Virus record (IMG/VR): IMGVR_UViG_3300050003_000007 | Coordinates: 1-43,094 of that record | Length of the DNA stretch: 43,094 bases | DNA from: a virus | Lineage: Duplodnaviria > Caudoviricetes | Reading direction: 5' to 3' (one strand) | Shown: piece after piece, positions 1-7,058 of the stretch | Layout of the letters: the number at the start of each line of letters is the position of its first letter | Position numbering within the stretch: the stretch's first letter is position 1 | Notes under the pieces: model-generated | Database searches by the model: none | What the model saw: only the letters and a program-made list of their open reading frames with translations | What the model was told of the DNA's origin: nothing | Position numbers and translations under genes: made by a program

Positions 1-5
1 ATGCA

Positions 6-36
6 GAGGGGGTGTCTGAATTGCGAGACCCCCCTC
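6..36. other. Terminal hairpin (terminator or packaging-end signal)
   Basis: GAGGGGG-T-GTCT (6-17) pairs with AGAC-CCCCCTC (26-36); lies just downstream of the last gene. Confidence 0.4.
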
Positions 37-61
37 CCCCTATATGAAATTATATTTTCGA

Positions 62-328
62 TCAGGCTACGACATCTTCCCTGTACTCAGGTGGAGCTGC
101 CACTTTTCTGTACATTCCATTGATGTTCTCGCGAATGATCTCATCTATCGCGGTCTCTATCGCATTCGATTGATCAACATCAGACAGACTGTCCGAGGAG
201 AGGGTCAGGCGGGCTAGGTACTGCGTTGTGTTGTAACCAGAACTCTCATCGAACTGTAACCATTCATCGTACTGCATGAATGGATCGTAGGGGTTGTCTA
301 TTGTTGTTAACATGTGCAGTGCCATCAC
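62..328 (-). CDS. Conserved phage hypothetical protein (MLTTxDNPYDPF type)
   Basis: 88-aa acidic ORF directly after the polymerase gene, with purine-rich RBS. Confidence 0.75.
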   Translation of the reverse strand: MMALHMLTTIDNPYDPFMQYDEWLQFDESSGYNTTQYLARLTLSSDSLSDVDQSNAIETAIDEIIRENINGMYRKVAAPPEYREDVVA

Positions 329-339
329 TAACCCCCTTT

Positions 340-2979
340 CTATAGGGCTTCTTTCAGAGTACTGAGGGATACACCAATAGCATCGGCTATCTCAGCCTGG
401 GTGTAGCCTGCTGCAAGCATGGACTTAGCACGTGTAGTCTTGGCATCCGTCATCATGATCTTGGTCCTGGGTGTTGCCAGTTCTTTGACCAGGTCTAGAT
501 CTGCATTGGCTAAGATGTTGGACAAGGTGTTGTTGCTAATGGCGCCTGCTTGAATGGCCGCCCATTCTTGGGGGGAGATCTGAATTCGCTGCTTGCCGGC
601 GCCTGTTCGGGCGCGTGCCTCTGCTAATGCTAATCCCTGAATCTTCTTCAGATCAGACTTCTCCATGTCTGGATTAGCGTCCTGCTTTGCCCGGACTATG
701 GCGTTTGCTAGAAGCTGGGCCTGCCTTTCAAGGGGCTTGTTTCGTTGGGCTATGTTTAATTTAGCCTGGAGGGTAGAAACTTCTTTCGCGTAAGCCTTCT
801 TTGCAGCTGGACTGTAAGGCGTTGGCTTGGTGTTTACCGCAATGCGCCGAGCTTTGTTAGCCAGATCTTTCAATCTATTCGAATGATCGGCATATACCTT
901 CTCAATGGGAGTACCAGAAGAAAGGGTATGAGCATCATCCGTTTCGGCTAACCTCTTTGATTTGATTGTACGTACTACAGTGCGACCTCTGTCATCCACA
1001 TACGAAGCGCCTGTGGGGACGAAGACCTTTCTTCCCGTAGTTTTATCTACTGCGCCACCTTCCGCAGCAGGACGGGGCTTCCTTTCAGGTACGTTTGCCT
1101 GAGCTCTAGCCCTAGAGATTAACGTAGATGCACCAGCTCGCGAGCCGCCTTGATACTTGGCTTTGAGCTGAGCAATCCCATTGTCGATGGCTGATTGTTT
1201 CCAATTCAGTTTGTGCTTTTCAGCATCGATAACAACCATTGAATGACGAACTGCACGAGCCAGCTCTTGATGGGTCGCGCCATGAATCGTCATGTCGGTG
1301 ATAAGGTTTGATACCTCACCCATTTGAATTGCTTTGGTTCTAGCCGTCATAACTTTCATACCCTCATATGCTGGATACGAACGCTGCGGATCGAACCCCT
1401 TCAGACCGTCCAACGCAGGGGAGGTCTTCACTTGGCGTTTGTTATTGGGAATTACCAGAACAGTATCGCCATCGAAGTCTGCGCCTGACAGTCTCTCTGC
1501 CACCTTCGAGTTGATACCGACTGCATCTTGAGCATTCCCCAATGCACGACGTGCTTGAGGATGACGGTTGTTGACCGTCAATTCTGGAATCTCAAACACA
1601 CCACCATGGGGGTAGCGGATAAGAGCAACTCGTTCTCCATCTCTGAAGTTCGGAGCATAGATTTCATTCTCGCTCAGCGAGTTGATAGGAAGAATGACAT
1701 TCGATCGTTGACGTGGAAGTGCAGCAGCTTTCAGATGAACGGCTGCAGAATCCACATCGTCGGAGTAAGACTCCAACAATTTCTTTCTCACAGCAGGATT
1801 AGTCAACGCCATGATGTCGTCGAATTCGCGCTGCTTTCTTTCGTATGTCATGTCCAGTTGCTGTTTAGCCAACTTTGGCGACTGCTTGGACAACATCTGA
1901 GAAGAAAGATTCTTTGACCAGCGATCCCAGTCGCCTTCTTCATTCACGATGTTCATTGCTGATTTGACCTTTCCCGTTTTGGGATCGGTCATTTGACGAA
2001 CGACAGCTCCGAACGGGTTGTCGGGATCGTCTTTCATTGCCTTCATCGCGTCGAGCTTGTTGCCCGTGCTCTTCTTATTCGTGTTGAAGACGAGATCCAC
2101 GCCAGGCGGCAGATCGTCCTTGTACATAGCCATACCTTTAAGGTAGTGACTACCATCAACTGCGATTCGAACCTGAGCATATCGAGCACCGCCAAGGTTG
2201 ACATCAGGAACCCCAGGTCGAACATGTATAACGCCGTCTGAATCAGCGCCACCGTCTTCAGCGTAACGAACCGCGACCCGTTTACTACTGATCGAGAGCG
2301 GCGTTTGGATCCCCAAATACGAGCGGCCACCATCTTCAGAGTATGACTGAATTTGTCTGATGTTTGCACGATTCTTCGAAACCTCGGAGTACTCTACATC
2401 AGGTGCTGTGAGAACTTTGACAGTCGTTTGCTTTCCCGTACCAAGCTGCTGTACTTTCAGGTAGTGGATTTTGTATCCCTCTTCCTGAAGAACCGCAACG
2501 GCAGTAGACAGTTTGGTCTGACTGATACCAAGCTGATTCTCGACACCAGTACCAATGTCGATGTATTTCTTGTCCGCTACTTGTTGCCTGAGCATGTTAC
2601 TCGTGCTCATCAAGATGTCTGCTTTGTCCTTGACACCAGGCGCAAGCAATGAACGCACAGTGGCTTCAGGCTTACCCATCTTTTCTGCGATAGCAACGAC
2701 CGACACACCCTTGTCTTTGAGACGGGTAGCCGTGTTGATGTCGTTTTGTCGTTCTTCATTTCGTGCAATTGATTTTGCTGCTCGAAGTTGTGTGGTGTTG
2801 ATACCCAAACCTTCAGCGATCTGTGCTTCGGTCAAACCCTGCTGTTGTAGTTGGGCTACGTAGCCCAAGAAGCTCTTGTTACTGGCCTTCTCAGGACCAC
2901 CAGAGCCCCAAGGATATCTCCCCGACTTACGAAGGATTCCGTAGTGAGCGAGATAGTTTTCCTCGGGAATGATCGTCAT
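340..2979 (-). CDS. Putative single-chain two-barrel (double-psi beta-barrel) RNA polymerase, QDE-1/YonO-like, with multiple HTH modules
   Basis: LSGADFDGD (D501-D505; nt 1465-1479), R455-Y-P, upstream DSDGVIHV and AQVR...YLKGMA, downstream MGEVSN and VIDAEK; HTH-like segments GLTEAQIAEGLGINTTQLR, GVSVVAIAEKMGKPEATVR, VENQLGISQTKLSTAV, GYTQAEIADAIGVSLSTLK. Confidence 0.8.
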   Translation of the reverse strand: MTIIPEENYLAHYGILRKSGRYPWGSGGPEKASNKSFLGYVAQLQQQGLTEAQIAEGLGINTTQLRAAKSIARNEERQNDINTATRLKDKGVSVVAIAEKMGKPEATVRSLLAPGVKDKADILMSTSNMLRQQVADKKYIDIGTGVENQLGISQTKLSTAVAVLQEEGYKIHYLKVQQLGTGKQTTVKVLTAPDVEYSEVSKNRANIRQIQSYSEDGGRSYLGIQTPLSISSKRVAVRYAEDGGADSDGVIHVRPGVPDVNLGGARYAQVRIAVDGSHYLKGMAMYKDDLPPGVDLVFNTNKKSTGNKLDAMKAMKDDPDNPFGAVVRQMTDPKTGKVKSAMNIVNEEGDWDRWSKNLSSQMLSKQSPKLAKQQLDMTYERKQREFDDIMALTNPAVRKKLLESYSDDVDSAAVHLKAAALPRQRSNVILPINSLSENEIYAPNFRDGERVALIRYPHGGVFEIPELTVNNRHPQARRALGNAQDAVGINSKVAERLSGADFDGDTVLVIPNNKRQVKTSPALDGLKGFDPQRSYPAYEGMKVMTARTKAIQMGEVSNLITDMTIHGATHQELARAVRHSMVVIDAEKHKLNWKQSAIDNGIAQLKAKYQGGSRAGASTLISRARAQANVPERKPRPAAEGGAVDKTTGRKVFVPTGASYVDDRGRTVVRTIKSKRLAETDDAHTLSSGTPIEKVYADHSNRLKDLANKARRIAVNTKPTPYSPAAKKAYAKEVSTLQAKLNIAQRNKPLERQAQLLANAIVRAKQDANPDMEKSDLKKIQGLALAEARARTGAGKQRIQISPQEWAAIQAGAISNNTLSNILANADLDLVKELATPRTKIMMTDAKTTRAKSMLAAGYTQAEIADAIGVSLSTLKEAL

Positions 2980-3536
2980 CCGTAAGCCTCCATCCTAAGC
3001 TCTTCGATGCGACGGTCAAATACCACAATCTTATCCATGATGTTCGTGACCGTAAGAGGATCGCCCTCGAAGATCTGAACCTCATCATTCTGGTAAATGC
3101 GAAATTCCATACCGATGTCGATTGGTTTGAATCCGTACTCGAGACAGAACAAAGCCCCATACACTTCTAGCTGAGTAACTTTGGTAGGGGTGACGCCTGT
3201 TTTGAGATCGTGAATTCGGAGGAAGTTTCTACGGAAGGCGATCGTATCTGTTGTACCATAGCAGTTGGCAGAATAGTACAACGTTTGCTCAGGCTTCATT
3301 CGAAATCCGATCGCGTCATTGACGTATTGATTCAACGTAGCGCTAGATTCCGGAAGTTTGACACCCAAAGTGATCATTCGCTGGGCGAGATCATGCAAAT
3401 CGCTACCACGCTTAGCGGCAAACGCCGTAGTGACTTTTGTGTCGAGCCTGTCTTCGTCGTAGTTCACCCAATGATAGCTGCTGGGACTCAGAAGAGCATG
3501 GCTGCCACTAAGATTCGAATGCTCTCTGAATCGCAT
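2976..3536 (-). CDS. PD-(D/E)xK nuclease (DUF2800/Cas4-like exonuclease type)
   Basis: HALLSPSS, G-x-x-x-H, GTTD...IHDLKTG, QLxVY motifs. Confidence 0.75.
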   Translation of the reverse strand: MRFREHSNLSGSHALLSPSSYHWVNYDEDRLDTKVTTAFAAKRGSDLHDLAQRMITLGVKLPESSATLNQYVNDAIGFRMKPEQTLYYSANCYGTTDTIAFRRNFLRIHDLKTGVTPTKVTQLEVYGALFCLEYGFKPIDIGMEFRIYQNDEVQIFEGDPLTVTNIMDKIVVFDRRIEELRMEAYG

Positions 3537-3825
3537 CTAGCACCTCGACTTCGTTCTCGGGACAAATGAAATCCGCGATACCGCCCATGTGTACGATGGT
3601 CGTTACATAGTACACCTGGTTTGGTTGAGTTTGCTTGAAGATGTCTTCCAGACTCTTCTTGACTTCCAGCAATGCGTAACGTCGACCATGCAGAACTGTC
3701 AGATCAGGAATTCCCTGTATGTATTGCTCGTCGTTTTTCAAGACGAGACACCCGGGAAAGCGAGCCTCGATTCGTTTGATCAGTCCAGCTTGGTAGTCAC
3801 GCTCCAGTTTACCCAAGTCGATCAC
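3508..3825 (-). CDS. VRR-NUC / Holliday junction resolvase-like nuclease
   Basis: E...GIPDL...LLEVK...PNQ pattern in a 105-aa protein. Confidence 0.75.
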   Translation of the reverse strand: MIDLGKLERDYQAGLIKRIEARFPGCLVLKNDEQYIQGIPDLTVLHGRRYALLEVKKSLEDIFKQTQPNQVYYVTTIVHMGGIADFICPENEVEVLDAIQRAFES

Positions 3826-3863
3826 CGCATAAAACTAAACAGATGTATGAAAACACATTCTGT

Positions 3864-3895
3864 CCCTTCTATTATAATCCATGTTTTTCCTGCGA
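3864..3895 (-). promoter_or_regulatory. Phage promoter-like motif copy 5 (TCGCAGGAAAAACATGGATTATAATAGAAGGG)
   Basis: Intergenic; matches four other copies; upstream of the nuclease-nuclease-RNAP operon. Confidence 0.7.
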
Positions 3896-3903
3896 GATAT
3901 TGT

Positions 3904-4395
3904 CTAGTCGGGATCAACCCATTCAAAACAGTGCATCACAGGGAAAACATAGGTTTTGTTGACGATGGAGAGAACAACATCGTTGTACAGGACACCGAAA
4001 GCGAAGACTACAGCCCACACGTCTTCGTACACTACTCGAGTATTGAGATTGCGCACAGCACTGGTCTCACCCAGATCTTTATAGAACTGGGACGTGTGCT
4101 GAATAGCAAACCATCGGGGTCGCCACACAAGATTGGATGCTCGACAGTTCGTCAAGTCGCCGTCCAAATGAATGGGGGTGTTGAACCCGGGACGCGGGAA
4201 CTCTAGGAACGTCTTACAAATGAGTAGAGACAAACCCCGCTGGACTTGTGTACGCCCCAACATCAGTTTCACAGCCGGTCGAGCGTCGCCGGTTCTTGAG
4301 ACGGCGAGAATTGTATTGGTGGAACTATTCCGTATCCTCCCTAGGTCGCTCGCTTCGTAGCCTGGGTACCCGGGTAAGGGCAGCCACTCCTCCAT
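3904..4395 (-). CDS. NUMOD4-HNH endonuclease-like protein
   Basis: N-terminal EEWLPLPGYPGYEASDLGRIRN (NUMOD4); IHLDGDLTNCRASNLVW (HNH_3-like). Confidence 0.8.
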   Translation of the reverse strand: MEEWLPLPGYPGYEASDLGRIRNSSTNTILAVSRTGDARPAVKLMLGRTQVQRGLSLLICKTFLEFPRPGFNTPIHLDGDLTNCRASNLVWRPRWFAIQHTSQFYKDLGETSAVRNLNTRVVYEDVWAVVFAFGVLYNDVVLSIVNKTYVFPVMHCFEWVDPD

Positions 4396-4404
4396 ATCGG
4401 CCTC

Positions 4405-4594
4405 CTAACTTTGCCAAGATTTTTTCGAAAAAAAACTTTTCTATTTCGTTTACCTATTGTCTATATAGACATTACCTAAAACTTTATTACAAGTTATTTT
4501 TGAGATTTTTCTAGGCAAGGATTTTTACCCTATAACTGCAGGTCAAACCCCGTTTTAAGATCAACATCTAATCTTGGCAAAATCTTGGCAAACT
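4405..4594. other. AT-rich intergenic region, candidate replication origin
   Basis: TTTGCCAAGATT (4410-4421) inverted against two AATCTTGGCAAA copies (4570-4581, 4581-4592); palindromes TTTTTTCGAAAAAA (4420-4433) and TGTCTATATAGACA (4458-4471). Confidence 0.6.
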
Positions 4595-5752
4595 CTAAAA
4601 GTCGGGCAATTCGGACTCATTGAAGCTTCTCTTCTCCACATAGGCTTGCCGGATGGCCTGATCGATCCATGCTTTGCTCATCGGGACGTAGTAAAACAGG
4701 TTGCCAAACGGCGTATTCAGTCGATCGATCCTACCGTACGACTGTTCCATGAGCTTATACGAGTAGTTCTGCGACCAGAAGAATGTCGCATTCGTCGTAA
4801 TACACTCCCAACCCTCAGCTCCGGCGGTGTACTGCACAAGATACAACCATCGCTCAGTATCGGGAATTTCGTCGTGTTTATGCCCATTCCATTCGCGAAC
4901 CGGAAGTCCCTCAATCGTCCTCAAGATCTGCAACTCGTAGTCGAAGTTGTAGAAAACTATGAGGCGGGGGTGTTTTTCTATCTTTCGTTTCAACGCTTCG
5001 AGCCGACTAGGGTCACTGTTGACGACCCTACGCATCAAGGAGAACAGCTCGGCAGCGTTGCGAATCGGTCGTTCCTCCCAAGGATTCCACCGATTCTTCA
5101 TCACCACACGCATCTTCTCTTCGTCGTGTTCAACCGGAATTGCGATGGTGTGTCGGGTCGTGAGTCGTTCGTACGGCATGTGGACCAGTATCTGCTGCCG
5201 TAACTTGAGAAGTTTCCCCTGCTCGAGGTAGTGATCTACCGCGGGGAATTTCGTATACGACTTATACACGACATGACGCGCCTTAAACTCCGTCCGGTTC
5301 TTGTAGTAACCATTCGCGATGAACACAGGGACGTAATCCAGCCACGAATCTCCGGGTGTCGCTGAAAGGACAATCCAAGCGTTTCCTCTGGCAATACGTA
5401 GAAATGCCTTGACCCATCCACCACTACCAACAAGACGTTGCTCATCAAAGATAAAGAAGGCGTCCCGGACATCTCCATACTTATGGATGTTGTTCCAGCT
5501 ATCGATTCGAAGGACTCCGGCAACCGTATCATAGGTATTCGTCCCCACCCCGAAGCGTGCGAATTCTCTTTGCCAGTCCAGACTGTCCCTCTTCTTGGCC
5601 GTCGTGATCACATAGACGTCCCGGTTGCTGTATTCCTGGACATAGTGAGCGGCCGCAACCATGCTCTTGCCAGAACCGACACCGCCCCACAGGATCTTCC
5701 CGGACTTCAAATTCGATAACGCGATCTTCTGGTGAGGCCTTAGCTCCGGCAA
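4595..5752 (-). CDS. SF2 DNA helicase
   Basis: LRPHQ Q-motif, GGVGSGKS, IFDE, LSATPG, QSYGRIDR; TTG start with AGGAG RBS. Confidence 0.88.
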   Translation of the reverse strand: MPELRPHQKIALSNLKSGKILWGGVGSGKSMVAAAHYVQEYSNRDVYVITTAKKRDSLDWQREFARFGVGTNTYDTVAGVLRIDSWNNIHKYGDVRDAFFIFDEQRLVGSGGWVKAFLRIARGNAWIVLSATPGDSWLDYVPVFIANGYYKNRTEFKARHVVYKSYTKFPAVDHYLEQGKLLKLRQQILVHMPYERLTTRHTIAIPVEHDEEKMRVVMKNRWNPWEERPIRNAAELFSLMRRVVNSDPSRLEALKRKIEKHPRLIVFYNFDYELQILRTIEGLPVREWNGHKHDEIPDTERWLYLVQYTAGAEGWECITTNATFFWSQNYSYKLMEQSYGRIDRLNTPFGNLFYYVPMSKAWIDQAIRQAYVEKRSFNESELPDF

Positions 5753-5869
5753 TTCGATCTCCTAGCGTGTCGCAAAACGGACACAATCCTTTGGTGACGA
5801 GATTGTTCCAGAACAGAACGATGTGGCATGCTCCGTTCGGACACAACAATGCGTACGCTCGATCTATTC

Positions 5870-6037
5870 TCACCGCAAGCGCTCCAATTCCCATTCTTTG
5901 TATTCCAGAACTTCACCCAGTTCATCCACGTACACCCAAATGGAACCGTCATCGGAGATTTCCTCGACCGTGCCGGTAGCTCCCGAAGCGATCATTCGAA
6001 CTCGTGGCTTATCAAAGAACGGACCTTGATTTGTCAC
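5870..6037 (-). CDS. 55-aa small beta-barrel (SH3/KOW-like) protein
   Basis: Hand translation MTNQGPFFDKPRVRMIASGATGTVEEISDDGSIWVYVDELGEVLEYKEWELERLR; GTGA overlap with the upstream ORF. Confidence 0.6.
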   Translation of the reverse strand: MTNQGPFFDKPRVRMIASGATGTVEEISDDGSIWVYVDELGEVLEYKEWELERLR

Positions 6038-6177
6038 GGCTTCTTCCCAATCTCGTTCGTAGTGGTGTGATCCGATCCCTCATCGCAGTTGCAGGTGGTC
6101 TTTGTCGTGGTGGTCACCGACCCCGTGCTCGTGTGGATCGTGATGATCACCGTGTGAACGTGCATTGCGCCTGCCAT
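6034..6177 (-). CDS. 47-aa Thr-rich micro-protein with HxH...CxC...H
   Basis: Hand translation MAGAMHVHTVIITIHTSTGSVTTTTKTTCNCDEGSDHTTTNEIGKKP; AAAGGAG RBS. Confidence 0.6.
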   Translation of the reverse strand: MAGAMHVHTVIITIHTSTGSVTTTTKTTCNCDEGSDHTTTNEIGKKP

Positions 6178-6207
6178 GTATCTCTCCTTTTCATAAAGAT
6201 AATCCAG

Positions 6208-6240
6208 GTAAAGCCAGGAGCCCCGTAGGACCCCTGGCTC
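6208..6240 (-). terminator. Hairpin with cUACGg tetraloop, terminator-like
   Basis: Minus strand GAGCCAGGGGTCC-TACG-GGGCTCCTGGCTTT; G-U pairs form only on the minus strand; short U tract. Confidence 0.6.
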
Positions 6241-6246
6241 ACCCGA

Positions 6247-6340
6247 CCAATCGGCGCATCACAGCCCTTGAGTGTTGTATCCATTTGCTTCGGCGGGGGC
6301 ACGAATTTCCTGTGACAAATGGCACTCGGTAACCGATTGG
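6247..6340 (-). ncRNA. Candidate structured RNA (nested stems with possible pseudoknot)
   Basis: Complementary pairs 6247-6254/6333-6340, 6270-6274/6323-6327, 6281-6287/6316-6322; crossing pair 6259-6264/6310-6315. Confidence 0.4.
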
Positions 6341-6429
6341 AGGTCTATCGCCGGCCTAGCCGGATAAATTCACCACTCACGGTTGAGGATGTTCCTCATA
6401 GGCTCACCTCCTCTCGCCGACGTGGAAGC

Positions 6430-6606
6430 TCAGTAGACGCGATGGTTGTTCGCGTCCCACTTTCGGACTTCACCGTTCGTGTCGCACTTCTTTCCTTCGC
6501 GACCTTCGGCGATGCAGTCCTCGCCGTACCCACCGGTGTCGCTGTCCCAGTTGATTTTGCCACAATACTGGCAGCATTTTTCCGTGAATACGACCGGCCC
6601 AGGCAT
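6430..6606 (-). CDS. 58-aa Cys-rich (putative Zn-binding) protein
   Basis: Hand translation MPGPVVFTEKCCQYCGKINWDSDTGGYGEDCIAEGREGKKCDTNGEVRKWDANNHRVY; GGAGG RBS. Confidence 0.65.
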   Translation of the reverse strand: MPGPVVFTEKCCQYCGKINWDSDTGGYGEDCIAEGREGKKCDTNGEVRKWDANNHRVY

Positions 6607-6617
6607 TGTTCCTCCAG

Positions 6618-6779
6618 TTACTCGGTGGGCATCAAGCCCGTCTGGAGATCTACCGTGACGAAGTACATCTTTTCCTCGAACGACAACGAGTTCCAGAACT
6701 GCTGGAATTCCTCCAGAGTCACCGACTTGTAGTCGGACTGGAAGTAACTGATCAACGTCACCATCGAGTTGTTCGCCAT
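6618..6779 (-). CDS. Small hypothetical protein
   Basis: MANNSMVTLISYF...VTLEEFQQFWNSLSFEEK; start chosen at the second Met of the track ORF. Confidence 0.65.
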   Translation of the reverse strand: MANNSMVTLISYFQSDYKSVTLEEFQQFWNSLSFEEKMYFVTVDLQTGLMPTE

Positions 6780-6814
6780 AAGTGATCTCGCTTTCTTGAG
6801 TATATGCATTGGGT

Positions 6815-6895
6815 GCAGGCCTAACCCCTTACCTGCGCGACGTCTCCCATATCTCGGAACCTGGGGGTCGTTCCGATACCTTGTTCCTTGACGTC
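6815..6895 (-). ncRNA. Candidate structured RNA with possible kissing loop
   Basis: Stems TCGGAAC/GTTCCGA, GACGTC/GACGTC, GCAGG/CCTGC; loops contain complementary ACCCC and GGGGT. Confidence 0.3.
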
Positions 6896-6908
6896 TTCCG
6901 GAGTTCTT

Positions 6909-7058
6909 TCAGCCGCCAGAACAGATCATCCTGTCCATCTCTTGTTTGGCGGGATTCCACACGTTGTAGACGTGCTCTTGCCCCCGCTTGTTTGCGGGAA
7001 CATACGTGCTACACGTGCTGAAGTTGGGGCATTCGAGCAAAGGCGGTTTCTTCGCCAT
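6909..7058 (-). CDS. 49-aa putative Zn-binding micro-protein
   Basis: Hand translation MAKKPPLLECPNFSTCSTYVPANKRGQEHVYNVWNPAKQEMDRMICSGG; TAATG coupling to the upstream stop. Confidence 0.6.
   Translation of the reverse strand: MAKKPPLLECPNFSTCSTYVPANKRGQEHVYNVWNPAKQEMDRMICSGG

Noticed and set aside
340-2979. Reading the RdRP-like motifs as evidence of an RNA virus or of RNA replication
   Set aside because: The context is a dsDNA tailed phage; characterised phage members of this fold are DNA-dependent, although the template preference here is untested
2976-3536. Cas4-like nuclease as a sign of a CRISPR system
   Set aside because: No array, no other cas genes and no four-Cys Fe-S set; stand-alone PD-(D/E)xK nucleases are common in phages
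6290-6315. AGGAAA...GUGCCCCCGC resemblance to a cobalamin riboswitch
   Set aside because: Lacks the intervening hairpins and the B12 box; too compact
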